Positions 27,519 through 36,155 of a stretch of DNA of 64,000 bases are shown here, one piece after another. Each line of letters opens with the position of its first letter. Position 1 is the stretch's first letter. Source of the stretch: a virus; the IMG/VR virus record IMGVR_UViG_3300047471_000729, positions 28,967 through 92,966 of that record; one strand, 5' to 3'. Under the pieces are notes generated by a model, which saw only the letters and a list, made by a program, of their open reading frames with translations, ran no database searches and was not told the origin of the DNA. A program made the translations under genes and the position numbers.

Positions 27519-28531
27519 ATCGGCGAGGCAGCCTGTGCTAACCCTGAGGATGCGGAACCACCCTGCATCCGAATGATCCTCTCGAGTTCGGCTTGCACCT
27601 TGTTGAGATGATCCTTCAAATCCAGAATCGCATTAAGGGAATCACGGGGATTTACCAATGCGGATAGATGCAGATGCTCAACTCCCTTGCTGGCCTGCCT
27701 GCTCAATCCACGGCAACCACCAATAAACTTTGTTCCCATAGTGGAGGAGGTCTTACCAACCCGGGACTTGATGCGACGCTGCTCTTCCTCGGCCTGATCG
27801 TGATACTTCTTAACCACGGCCATCTCAGCATCCTGTCCCTTGGTCTTTACGGCATTGACATCACGAACCATATTCTCAACCGTTCTGCCCGTGACGGAGT
27901 AGTAATGGGGCAGTTCGGCCGCCTTCTGATAGACGATATCTGAGCCGATTTTATTGAGAGCAATGATTGTGTTCTGGGGTTGATTGCCATTATCGAAGTC
28001 GAACCCCAGCTTCGATGCACGCTTAATCCCCTGATACTCATTCCAAGCACTCAATGCTGTGGCGGCGGGAATGTGGAACATCTTCGCCAGCTCAGGAATG
28101 GTAGTATTGGGAAACTTTTCGTGCATCGAGAAGATATGATGCGTGACATCTTGCCTGGTATCACGCTTGCCTTCGATACCGTTAAGCAAGCGCAGCAACA
28201 GCTCCTGACGATACTGATCAGGCTCAGTCACGATATAAGCATCATGCCAGTCGAGTTTGCAGTCCTTGGTCGCCTTAATCCGGTGCATTCCTGTACCGAC
28301 AAGGTATTTGGCTTGATCGACTGCAAAGACAACAATCGCCGGAAATGGAGCGCCCTCAAGCATGGCTAGGCCATACTCGTTGACGAGCAAATCATCAATT
28401 TTTCGCCTTAGACGAGCTGGATTTTCCTCACTCGCCTTGAGATCAATATCGCTGAATAGCAGTTTCTCCACATAGCGAAACTTGTAGTTACCCTGCTTAA
28501 ATAGGGCTTCAGTTCCTGCGTGTTTTGTCAT
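27512..28531 (-). CDS. ParB/Srx-like domain protein
   Basis: YGLAMLEGAPFPAIVV...YLVGTGMHRIKA is a ParB N-terminal box; own promoter (TTGCAA-N17-TATATA, 28565-28593). Confidence 0.65.
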   Translation of the reverse strand: MTKHAGTEALFKQGNYKFRYVEKLLFSDIDLKASEENPARLRRKIDDLLVNEYGLAMLEGAPFPAIVVFAVDQAKYLVGTGMHRIKATKDCKLDWHDAYIVTEPDQYRQELLLRLLNGIEGKRDTRQDVTHHIFSMHEKFPNTTIPELAKMFHIPAATALSAWNEYQGIKRASKLGFDFDNGNQPQNTIIALNKIGSDIVYQKAAELPHYYSVTGRTVENMVRDVNAVKTKGQDAEMAVVKKYHDQAEEEQRRIKSRVGKTSSTMGTKFIGGCRGLSRQASKGVEHLHLSALVNPRDSLNAILDLKDHLNKVQAELERIIRMQGGSASSGLAQAASPIC

Positions 28532-28621
28532 AATCCTTTCCTTTCAATGTACGTCAGCAGTTAGTATATATATGCTCGCGCAACACATTGCAAGCTATTT
28601 TTGCGACGGCTTGCAATTCAT

Positions 28622-29506
28622 TCATTCTTCCTCTATTAGTCCAGCTTCTCGTAATGCAGTTATATACGATTCGAGGTATGGAATCATTAGTTTCAACCGA
28701 TTGACTAATTCGGTTGCAGATCGACCAAAATCAATCTGTTCACCATTATCCGCCTCCCGACGTATATTATGTAAAAGTGCTTCTTGTATGGCAGTTACAA
28801 GTTTTCCAGGACTGTAATGTCGCGAATTCATAAAGTTTGAGATACTCAGTAGTCGGTCATCAATTAGTACCTTATCTCGAAGTAAGTTTGTAATTCTGGT
28901 GGGGTGTAGATGGACTCTACCATATTGTTGGGTAAAGGCTAGATGGTCCTGAATTGGTGCGTCTATTGGTGGACGTTCAACTTCACCCGGTTGTGTCCAT
29001 GGTGTTAGGGTCATTGGTGGTATAACAATAGGTGTTCGCCTAACTGGTGCTTGGCGAACAGGTGTTTGTCTGGTTAATGGTGGGGTGGTAGATCTTTGGG
29101 GTCGATTTTGTCTTAATTCCTTTATTTTGGCTGTTTGTTGAGTTTTGGTCATTCCTATGAAACGGTGTTGTTCAGGAATAGGTAGATCTCGAGCGATGAA
29201 CACAATTGAACCAATTGCAAATTCTTTTCGATCCATAAGCTCTATTATTTCTGGAATACCTTTCTCAACGACAGTCACTGCTTCATATGCTGTGCTTCTA
29301 TTACTAAGACCAACTCGTTTTGCTGCATCATCTGGACTTAGAAAAGCAACTCCAGTATACTGCAGTTGCTCTTGACGGTGGTCCCCACCATGCGGTCTCA
29401 CAATCTTCTTGAACCAACCGGCTCGTTCACTGATCTTGTAACCGTCTCGCATTTCGTTCTCGTCTATTTCAGGTATTATGATTTCATCGATGTTTATACT
29501 TGTCAT
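28622..29506 (-). CDS. ParB-related HTH protein
   Basis: INIDEIII, HGGDHR, AAKRVGLS.RST...A..VVEKGIPEI, typical of ParB-associated HTH segments. Confidence 0.45.
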   Translation of the reverse strand: MTSINIDEIIIPEIDENEMRDGYKISERAGWFKKIVRPHGGDHRQEQLQYTGVAFLSPDDAAKRVGLSNRSTAYEAVTVVEKGIPEIIELMDRKEFAIGSIVFIARDLPIPEQHRFIGMTKTQQTAKIKELRQNRPQRSTTPPLTRQTPVRQAPVRRTPIVIPPMTLTPWTQPGEVERPPIDAPIQDHLAFTQQYGRVHLHPTRITNLLRDKVLIDDRLLSISNFMNSRHYSPGKLVTAIQEALLHNIRREADNGEQIDFGRSATELVNRLKLMIPYLESYITALREAGLIEEE

Positions 29507-29519
29507 TGTTCTATCTCAT

Positions 29520-29558
29520 AAAAGAGGAAGGCGGACGGCTGTTGCCGCCCGCCCCCTT
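29520..29558 (-). terminator. Probable terminator
   Basis: GGCGGGCGGC-aaca-GCCGUCCGCC stem followed by UUCCUCUUUU on the minus strand. Confidence 0.6.
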
Positions 29559-29569
29559 TGATCAGTTTC

Positions 29570-30559
29570 TTATTGTGCTGCTTCGGCCAGTTCTGCAGGT
29601 TCGATAAAGCGCGGGAAACGCTCATCGGTGCGCAGAAAGAGACCATTGCGACCAATTCCCTTATCCTGTTTAAACAGATTGAATGCCTTGATCAGCAGAG
29701 CGAGACGTGGACCATACTTAAGATCCATGTCGTTCTCCTGAGTAGACAACAACTTGTTACGCAGGTGCAGGATGGGATCATGTTCGTCAAGATTTGCTCC
29801 GGAACCCAGAGGACGGAAGAAATCCTCAAGCACATCGTTCCCGTAAAGCGTCAAGATCTTCGAAGCACTAAAGATCGCCGCCGGTTTGTTACCGATGACT
29901 TTGACTGCCGTAGGGTAGTTGGCCGAAACGTGATGTGCAGCGGCTCCCACCTCAGGATGCTGGCGACTATAATTCAGCACTTCAATATTAGTGAAGGGCC
30001 GAATGACAGGTTGCTTGTTGGTAACGACCAGTGCATTATGGTCGTATCGCCAAGCCAGCTTAATCGCACCCGCGACCGAAGCCGCCATGCCGTTTGCACC
30101 AGCTGTGTACAAGGCATCTGCCGCGTTCCTCGGCTTAGAATCGTCAATGAACGCAAACAGAGAGTCATGCACTGGTATATCACACACCACGTAAGTTTCG
30201 AATGTGACACCTGACATGTAGCAAGCCCATAGCCGATGCTGTGCATCCCACACTTGGCCATCAGTTGTGATCAAAATTGCCTGACCAGTCTTGATCCACA
30301 TGTCCGCAATCATGCAAGCGGCATACTTACGGATAGCTGAAAGTGAAAGCTTCCGATTTACCTTGTTACGCCGAAGGAGCTTCTCGGCGATTTCTGGTGT
30401 GATTGTGCACCAACCAGTGGTAACAGGAAGTTCGGTGGGAGGAAGTTGTGTAGCTGACCATTCATCGAACCTAGTGACCAACTCCTGAAAAGCTAGTGCA
30501 CTACAAGTATCAAGGTCGATGGTGACAGCTGGACTCCAAGTGGTATTAGGTTCTGGCAT
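29570..30559 (-). CDS. ParB-like nuclease-domain protein
   Basis: ITPEIAEKLL..N..NRKLS...KYA..M....W...GQAI.....G...DAQHRL.A; start MPEPNT after GAAAAGGG; promoter TTGCAA-N17-TACATT at 30609-30637. Confidence 0.7.
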   Translation of the reverse strand: MPEPNTTWSPAVTIDLDTCSALAFQELVTRFDEWSATQLPPTELPVTTGWCTITPEIAEKLLRRNKVNRKLSLSAIRKYAACMIADMWIKTGQAILITTDGQVWDAQHRLWACYMSGVTFETYVVCDIPVHDSLFAFIDDSKPRNAADALYTAGANGMAASVAGAIKLAWRYDHNALVVTNKQPVIRPFTNIEVLNYSRQHPEVGAAAHHVSANYPTAVKVIGNKPAAIFSASKILTLYGNDVLEDFFRPLGSGANLDEHDPILHLRNKLLSTQENDMDLKYGPRLALLIKAFNLFKQDKGIGRNGLFLRTDERFPRFIEPAELAEAAQ

Positions 30560-30718
30560 TTTTACCCTTTCTTCTGTGCGGACGACAAATTGTCTGTTGC
30601 ACGCGCTTAATGTAGCGGAGTTCAAATTCGATTGCAAGATAAAAATTTTGCGTGTACTGCAATTGCAGATTATTGCATAACAGCTATGCAAAAACGCTTC
30701 AATCAACGCATTTTCTGC

Positions 30719-30747
30719 TTGCAATGAATTGCAAAATATGCTAGGCT
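30719..30747 (+). promoter_or_regulatory. Promoter TTGCAA-N17-TAGGCT with TTGC-N8-GCAA palindrome
   Basis: Read directly; predicted start ~30753 coincides with the 5' end of a long RNA helix. Confidence 0.65.
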
Positions 30748-30752
30748 CATAA

Positions 30753-30856
30753 TGCAGCAGGTTGCTGCGACCGTGTGCACAACGGGGTTCAATAACAGGG
30801 CAATCGCTCTGCCAACTATCTGGGTAGGAATGGCGAACCAGCAGCGACTTGTTGTA
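30753..30856 (+). ncRNA. Candidate structured RNA C (~104 nt, multibranch)
   Basis: 16-bp closing helix 30753-30768/30841-30856 with 12 Watson-Crick and 4 G-U pairs; inner stems CCGU/ACGG, GGUUC/GAACC, AGGGC/GCUCU, GCCA/UGGC. Confidence 0.55.
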
Positions 30857-30879
30857 CTATCTTTGGAAAGGACAGCATC

Positions 30880-31050
30880 GTGGTATCAGCAAAAACATTA
30901 CAAGAGATTGCAAAGGTCATCTTAAGGCATGTTACACCTGAAGTGGCTGATGCGATATGCCAAGACCTGATGAAGGTTCAGGGAAACAAGAGTTATACAG
31001 ATACAGTTCATCATCTGGGAATTCTGCTTCAAAGGATCACCCTAATCTAG
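30880..31050 (+). CDS. Small hypothetical protein (56 aa, not in the ORF track)
   Basis: GGAAAGGA RBS, GTG start, MVSAKTLQEIAK...RITLI*. Confidence 0.55.
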   Translation: MVSAKTLQEIAKVILRHVTPEVADAICQDLMKVQGNKSYTDTVHHLGILLQRITLI

Positions 31051-31055
31051 CCTTG

Positions 31056-31216
31056 AATTGAGTCTTGATTTCAGGCCTTTCTAAGTCAAGACTCAATTAG
31101 CCTTTTCACTAATTCATAAAGTGATAAATAACTAAATTAACCTTTAGGTTAATGATGCGCGCGACCGTGCGTGCGCAGGCGTGCGTCATGCGCGCATATA
31201 TACGCGTACGCGCGCA
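31056..31216. other. Candidate replication origin region
   Basis: 13-bp inverted repeat AATTGAGTCTTGA/TCAAGACTCAATT, AT-rich tract, TTAACCTTTAGGTTAA palindrome, then a largely alternating purine-pyrimidine run. Confidence 0.35.
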
Positions 31217-31264
31217 AGACGATGTAAGAGTCAAGAAATTTTTGGTGCTGGCTCAAATCAGGTA

Positions 31265-31293
31265 TTGCTTTTCGTCGCAAGATCAGTTATATA
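31265..31293 (+). promoter_or_regulatory. Promoter TTGCTT-N17-TATATA with TTGC-N8-GCAA palindrome
   Basis: Read directly; upstream of 31384. Confidence 0.7.
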
Positions 31294-31383
31294 TATCTTT
31301 GGAGGTGTAGTACCTCCCAGGCCGGTTTTGATGCGTTCCGGCAACCCATCAATAAACGCACGCGGGCCAGGAGGCCCTATTAA

Positions 31384-31836
31384 ATGCCTGATGGTAACTT
31401 CAAACCACCCGCTCCACCCCTTCCAGCGACTATTGCTGATTGGGATGCAGCACGAGTCAATCGCAATTTGCCGAGGAGTCTCAATGATATTGTTGAAGAG
31501 ATTCATCGTCGGCTAGTTGTCGATGATTCAGAGACTGGTCGTGATTATCGTAAGTATCTGTTTGCTATTTGGCCAAGCGAAGCGATCGAAGGTGCGATCG
31601 TTTATGACGACGCCAAGGCAGCGATGATCATCCAGCAATTTGCGCAGGATGTTGGCATTGAAATTCCTGCGAGTAGCAACAAGATCGACCCGATCGTAAA
31701 GTCGCTGCACGTAACGCTAAGTCGTTATGAGCAGTCGAGAAAGCAACGTCGGGATGTGGTCCAAGGCATTCCTGTTACTCGTCGTCGTGGTCGTCCGCGT
31801 CGTAATCAGACCGACGATAACAACAACAACGAGTAG
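31384..31836 (+). CDS. Hypothetical protein with basic C-terminus (RRRGRPRR, AT-hook-like)
   Basis: AGGAGG RBS; followed by a terminator. Confidence 0.65.
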   Translation: MPDGNFKPPAPPLPATIADWDAARVNRNLPRSLNDIVEEIHRRLVVDDSETGRDYRKYLFAIWPSEAIEGAIVYDDAKAAMIIQQFAQDVGIEIPASSNKIDPIVKSLHVTLSRYEQSRKQRRDVVQGIPVTRRRGRPRRNQTDDNNNNE

Positions 31837-31845
31837 GTATCTTGG

Positions 31846-31874
31846 GTGAGGGGGATCAGCCCCCCTCACTTTTT
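31846..31874 (+). terminator. Intrinsic terminator
   Basis: GTGAGGGGG-atcagc-CCCCCTCAC-TTTTT. Confidence 0.85.
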
Positions 31875-31888
31875 ATAAGGATGTAACA

Positions 31889-32983
31889 ATGCCTGAGGAT
31901 AATGTCTTTCCAATGCCAACACCGTTAGATCGACTAGCTGCCTTAATCCCACGAGATCTTGAGCGGCAGAAACTTGGCCGTCAAGAATGGATTGAAGGGT
32001 CATTCAATCTTTGTATCCACCTCGCTGAAGCTAAGGCACTTCATCCAGCGACTGTTGAATTCAGTCAGTGGTGTACTGATAACGGTTTTGGTGAGACCGT
32101 TATTAGTTCTGATAAAAGAGCCGCCGCTATTAAAATGGGTCAGCAACCTGAGGCTTTACGTGTAGCATTAGAAATAACAAAACGTAGTTCGTTAGAAACA
32201 ATCTACGATAACGACTTTAGAAGCTCGACTTCGGAACGTTCCGAAGTCGATAGCCGCGCGGATAGCTCAAACGAACCAACACCAACACCAACACCAACAC
32301 CAACACCAACACCAACACCAACACCAACACCAACACCAACACCAACTAATACAACTACATCAAGACCAACACCAACACCAACTAATACAACTACATCAAG
32401 ACCAAGAACGGAGAGACCAGTGCAAGAGCCACCTCGTGATAGGGTAGACGAGGTTCTTCGTCGACTGGATGCAGGAGAACCAGTCACTAGGGTTGTAATT
32501 GCTGAAGTGTTTAATTGTGGTGAAACCGCAGCATCAAATGCAATCCTTGTAGCGCAAGTGGAACGTCGGATTAGACAGGAACCCACTCCAGTTGCTGTTA
32601 CTGAGATGCCGGAGAATATGCGACAACGTTACGAAGCCGCAGTTCGAAAGGCAAGGCGGGAGTTGAAAGTAGAAATCACTGCTGAAGTAAGAGCAGAAGT
32701 TCATGCTAATTACGATGTAATGATTTCGGGTGTGAGGAGACGACTTGAGCGGGCAGATCGACTTATTGCGCGTGATCGTGGTCTTATGCTTCGTCAGGAT
32801 TATCGAAAACTTCTCGCTGCCTTGCATGTGGATCATAATACGTATGAACATGCGCGCGAGATGTTTGAACTAGTAAAACGGCTAGAAGATGTTCTGGTAA
32901 AACCAGATGATCCACCTAGCCTAACTTTACCAACCAGTGCTGCGGGTCTTGCCGAATGGGCTAGACAACATAGAAGCAACTAG
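31889..32983 (+). CDS. Hypothetical protein with Pro-Thr linker (probable DNA-binding)
   Basis: AAGGA RBS; N-terminal LAEAKAL....FSQWC..NGF helical domain; (PT)12 linker. Confidence 0.7.
   Translation: MPEDNVFPMPTPLDRLAALIPRDLERQKLGRQEWIEGSFNLCIHLAEAKALHPATVEFSQWCTDNGFGETVISSDKRAAAIKMGQQPEALRVALEITKRSSLETIYDNDFRSSTSERSEVDSRADSSNEPTPTPTPTPTPTPTPTPTPTPTPTNTTTSRPTPTPTNTTTSRPRTERPVQEPPRDRVDEVLRRLDAGEPVTRVVIAEVFNCGETAASNAILVAQVERRIRQEPTPVAVTEMPENMRQRYEAAVRKARRELKVEITAEVRAEVHANYDVMISGVRRRLERADRLIARDRGLMLRQDYRKLLAALHVDHNTYEHAREMFELVKRLEDVLVKPDDPPSLTLPTSAAGLAEWARQHRSN
32225..32250. repeat. Perfect 26-bp palindrome inside a CDS
   Basis: TCGACTTCGGAACGTTCCGAAGTCGA is its own reverse complement. Confidence 0.95.
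32275..32400 (+). repeat. (ACCAAC)12 microsatellite plus 36-bp tandem duplication
   Basis: 12 perfect hexamers at 32275-32346; 36-bp unit at 32329-32364 repeated at 32365-32400. Confidence 0.95.
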
Positions 32984-33012
32984 CGAATGTAAGCCTTTAA
33001 TTCTTAAAGGCT

Positions 33013-33044
33013 AAAAAGGCCCCGCCTTCGGGCGGGGCTTTTTT
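33013..33044 (+). terminator. Intrinsic terminator (cUUCGg loop)
   Basis: GCCCCGCC-TTCG-GGCGGGGC-TTTTTT, preceded by an A tract and a second hairpin at 32992-33012. Confidence 0.92.
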
Positions 33045-33105
33045 ATGTCTGATTTAATAATTCTAGATTGAATAGCCGTATATTAGCTAGGCGGAGGGAA
33101 GCCTA

Positions 33106-33885
33106 GTGATCGTTAAGCATGTCGAAATTAAACCAAAACAAGTAATCAGGAAATTTGAGTTTGAGCGGACTGAACGCTTTGTTCGGAATGCTGATAAGTG
33201 GTATCGTATTGTAGCTGAAATGCTGGCTGAGATTAGACTTGATCGCGCGCATATGCGGACCAGTGATCAACAGATTGTCAATTGGGTTAAGCAGATTAAG
33301 AGGTTTTCAAAGCAGTTAGCTGGTGGGGAACCTCCTATAGTCAGACTCTACACTCTGATTAAGTGGTACAAAGATCATTATGACGATGATGAGTACATCC
33401 CTAGGGTTGAGTCTGCTACATCATTAGTCAGCAAGTTTGAGAGGCTTGAAGCTGCGATGATTCGTAGGGTCAAGTTAAAGACGGCTAACGGACATGATTT
33501 GTCAATCAAACAGGTGTTGCAGCAGAACGGTATTACACATCCTCGCATTGTTGATACAATCGAGAGGGATCTAGTTATTCCAGCCCGAAGGCTTCATCTG
33601 TCAGATATGACTAATGATGCGGTATTGACCGATAAGATTGTTGGACTGTATAACGAGATCCAGAATGAACGAGCAACGGTAAGACTCTCCCCTGCCGTTA
33701 AGCTGAACATTGGTGGCCCATTGGAAGTTATGCGCAGGTATATTAGTTGGCTAGCTGAAAAGGATTGGGATGCCAGTAGTAGAGTATTGAAATCAGACAG
33801 TCCAGCCTTTAACCAGTTTAGGCGGGATTTTCGTAATATGGAGGGTAATGACCCAGTAAACGGTAAGGAAAGGGTCTATGAATGA
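33106..33885 (+). CDS. Hypothetical protein (replication-associated?)
   Basis: GGAGGG RBS; first gene of the DnaB operon. Confidence 0.6.
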   Translation: MIVKHVEIKPKQVIRKFEFERTERFVRNADKWYRIVAEMLAEIRLDRAHMRTSDQQIVNWVKQIKRFSKQLAGGEPPIVRLYTLIKWYKDHYDDDEYIPRVESATSLVSKFERLEAAMIRRVKLKTANGHDLSIKQVLQQNGITHPRIVDTIERDLVIPARRLHLSDMTNDAVLTDKIVGLYNEIQNERATVRLSPAVKLNIGGPLEVMRRYISWLAEKDWDASSRVLKSDSPAFNQFRRDFRNMEGNDPVNGKERVYE

Positions 33886-34118
33886 GGAAGAAGATTATGT
33901 CACCTAGTCGTGGGTTTTACAAGAGAGAAGACCGGGTATTCTGTCGATGTGAATTGTGTCGCTTGCGTTTCGGTCGCTTGCTTTACCGAAGAAACTCTAG
34001 TGGTCCGGCTTTGGGTATGGGTCGAGACGGTTGGAGTGAGTACAAACATGCCTATCCTGTATCAAGATGGGGTGGGCATCGAACTCGCTTTCCTCCCAAG
34101 GAAAGGGTTTATGAATGA
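33882..34118 (+). CDS. Small hypothetical protein
   Basis: ATGA-coupled; flanked by 22-bp direct repeats. Confidence 0.45.
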   Translation: MRKKIMSPSRGFYKREDRVFCRCELCRLRFGRLLYRRNSSGPALGMGRDGWSEYKHAYPVSRWGGHRTRFPPKERVYE

Positions 34119-34309
34119 GTTATCCTGTTGCTTATGCTTTTATCTTTTACTTTGTAATGGGTGGTTTCTTTGCAAGTGGTGTTTACCGGGGAATGCGTAA
34201 GAACCCTCGCTATACTAGACGTGTGATTGTGTGGGTCACCGTTGTTATGGTTGTCTTTATTTGGCCTTATGGTATCTACCTTTTGTTGAAGGAAAGCGGG
34301 TATGTCTGA
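34115..34309 (+). CDS. Small two-TM membrane protein
   Basis: Two hydrophobic segments ending in IWPY. Confidence 0.55.
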   Translation: MSYPVAYAFIFYFVMGGFFASGVYRGMRKNPRYTRRVIVWVTVVMVVFIWPYGIYLLLKESGYV

Positions 34310-34327
34310 AAGTAGGTGGGGCGACCG

Positions 34328-34549
34328 ATGACTGAGCTGATCGGCAGCTCGACATATTCCGGCGACGCTTGCCCGTCCTGCGGCTATCGCTACGGCCATG
34401 TTGAGCAAGACCACAAACCGGTGATTACGGTCTACTACTCTGATCGTGCCGACCTCGCCATCGTCGGGTTTCGCTGCCCGCAATGTAACTACGAGTACAT
34501 GCCCAAGAGATGTTGTCCTGAAACAATTGTAAGGCGGAAGGATAATTAG
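34328..34549 (+). CDS. Small zinc-ribbon protein
   Basis: CPSC...CPQC. Confidence 0.55.
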   Translation: MTELIGSSTYSGDACPSCGYRYGHVEQDHKPVITVYYSDRADLAIVGFRCPQCNYEYMPKRCCPETIVRRKDN

Positions 34550-36148
34550 ATGTCTGAATTTATTGAGCGTAGGATAGTAACCGGACTGATCGTAAGCAAT
34601 GAATTTGCTCGAAAGATAGTCGCCTATTGGCGAGATGACTTGCTGGTCGCACCGGAATTACAGAAACTGGCTCGTTGGTGTGTAGACTTTTATGAGCAAT
34701 ACCACAAGGTACCCGATCGTGATATTGAAATGATCTTTTTTGATCACCTGCGCTCCAATCGGATATCGAAACCAGAAGGTGAGTTGATTGAACAGATTCT
34801 GACTCGTATCAGCGATGATTACGAGCGTGGTGATCAATACAATGCAGGGTATCTGTTTGACCGAGCAGTCGCCTATTTCCGCTCCAGGGAACAGGAAAAC
34901 CTAAAGGAACAACTGGAAGATCTGACAGATAGGGGAGAAGTAGAGAGGGCAGATGATCTGCTTAGGTCCTACACTCCAACCAGTTACATTACTTCACTTG
35001 GGTTGGAAGTTGGTAGTGAAGAAGGTTACCGAGCAATTGAAGAAGCCTTTTCAATTGTCTCTCAACCTGTAGTAAAGTATCCCGGTGCCTTTGGTCGGAT
35101 GGTCAATCCACATATGATTAGGGGTGGATTTGTTGCATTCTTGGCACCAGAAAAGCGTGGTAAGACTTGGTTGATGATGGATATTGCGTTTAGGGGATTA
35201 CGACAAAAGGCAAATGTGGCATTCTTTCAAGCGGGTGACTTAACCCAGTCTCAGATGCTGCGCAGAACTTGTATTTATATGTCGCGGAGATCAGATCAGG
35301 AAGAGTATTGTAAATCTTACTATCGTCCGGTGGGGGATTGTGTAAAGAATCAATTCAATACTTGTCATAGATCGGATCGTAATTGTAACTTTGGTATTCA
35401 CGATGAAGAGATAGATTCCTTTGATGAAGATCCTCGCGAGTTTGAGAATTATGATAAACTGAGCGACTTGGCAAAACGTAATTCTAAGTATCAACCTTGT
35501 GACAGTGCGACCTGTAATGAAAGGAGGGGAACTGTATGGTTGAAAAAGGAGCCTGCGCGTCAACCTTTAACGGCAAAACTTGCGGTAGAGTCTGCCCGTG
35601 GGTTCTTTGATAGGTATAAACGTCGATTCAAAGTAATGACTGTTCCCTCGGATTCGCTTAGTGCTGATGATCTGCGCGGAGCATTGGATGAATGGGAGCA
35701 CAAGGATGATTTTGTCCCTGACATTATTGTGGTGGATTATGCAGACCTGATGACGGCAAGAGTAGCTGAGTTCCGTCACAGGATAGATGCTGTCTGGAAG
35801 GGCTTGCGCGCGATCAGTCAGGAGAGACACTCTCTGGTGGTCACAGCAACTCAAGCGGATGCGAGAAGTTATGCCCAGAACACGTTAAATCTGTCTAACT
35901 TCTCAGAGGACAAGCGTAAGTACGCCCACGTTACGGCAATGTATGGGCTGAATCAAGACCCTAAGGGTCGCGAAAAGATGCTGGGTATTATGCGCATCAA
36001 CGAACTAGTCGTTCGGGAGGGCATCTTTAATGCCAATAATGACGTGATTATCTTACAGGATTTGCGGTCAGGGCGACCGTTTCTTGAGTCCTACGATAAG
36101 CTGAGCCATCACATGAGAGGACCCGCCGAAGCGGGTCCTGATTGTTAG
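34550..36148 (+). CDS. DnaB-like replicative helicase
   Basis: Walker A APEKRGKT, IVVDYAD, VTATQ, FSEDKRK.AH. Confidence 0.85.
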   Translation: MSEFIERRIVTGLIVSNEFARKIVAYWRDDLLVAPELQKLARWCVDFYEQYHKVPDRDIEMIFFDHLRSNRISKPEGELIEQILTRISDDYERGDQYNAGYLFDRAVAYFRSREQENLKEQLEDLTDRGEVERADDLLRSYTPTSYITSLGLEVGSEEGYRAIEEAFSIVSQPVVKYPGAFGRMVNPHMIRGGFVAFLAPEKRGKTWLMMDIAFRGLRQKANVAFFQAGDLTQSQMLRRTCIYMSRRSDQEEYCKSYYRPVGDCVKNQFNTCHRSDRNCNFGIHDEEIDSFDEDPREFENYDKLSDLAKRNSKYQPCDSATCNERRGTVWLKKEPARQPLTAKLAVESARGFFDRYKRRFKVMTVPSDSLSADDLRGALDEWEHKDDFVPDIIVVDYADLMTARVAEFRHRIDAVWKGLRAISQERHSLVVTATQADARSYAQNTLNLSNFSEDKRKYAHVTAMYGLNQDPKGREKMLGIMRINELVVREGIFNANNDVIILQDLRSGRPFLESYDKLSHHMRGPAEAGPDC

Positions 36149-36155
36149 CGTTTCT

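Noticed and set aside
30797-30839. HDV-like ribozyme or c-di-GMP-I riboswitch (GGGCAA...AAUGGCGAA resemblance)
   Set aside because: No P1/P3/L3 nested pseudoknot elements and no GAAA/receptor architecture; only short word matches.
31137-31152. CtrA box
   Set aside because: Spacing is TTAA-N8-TTAA, not the N7 consensus.
32275-32400. CRISPR array
   Set aside because: Contiguous hexamer repeat without spacers, in frame within a CDS; no cas genes.
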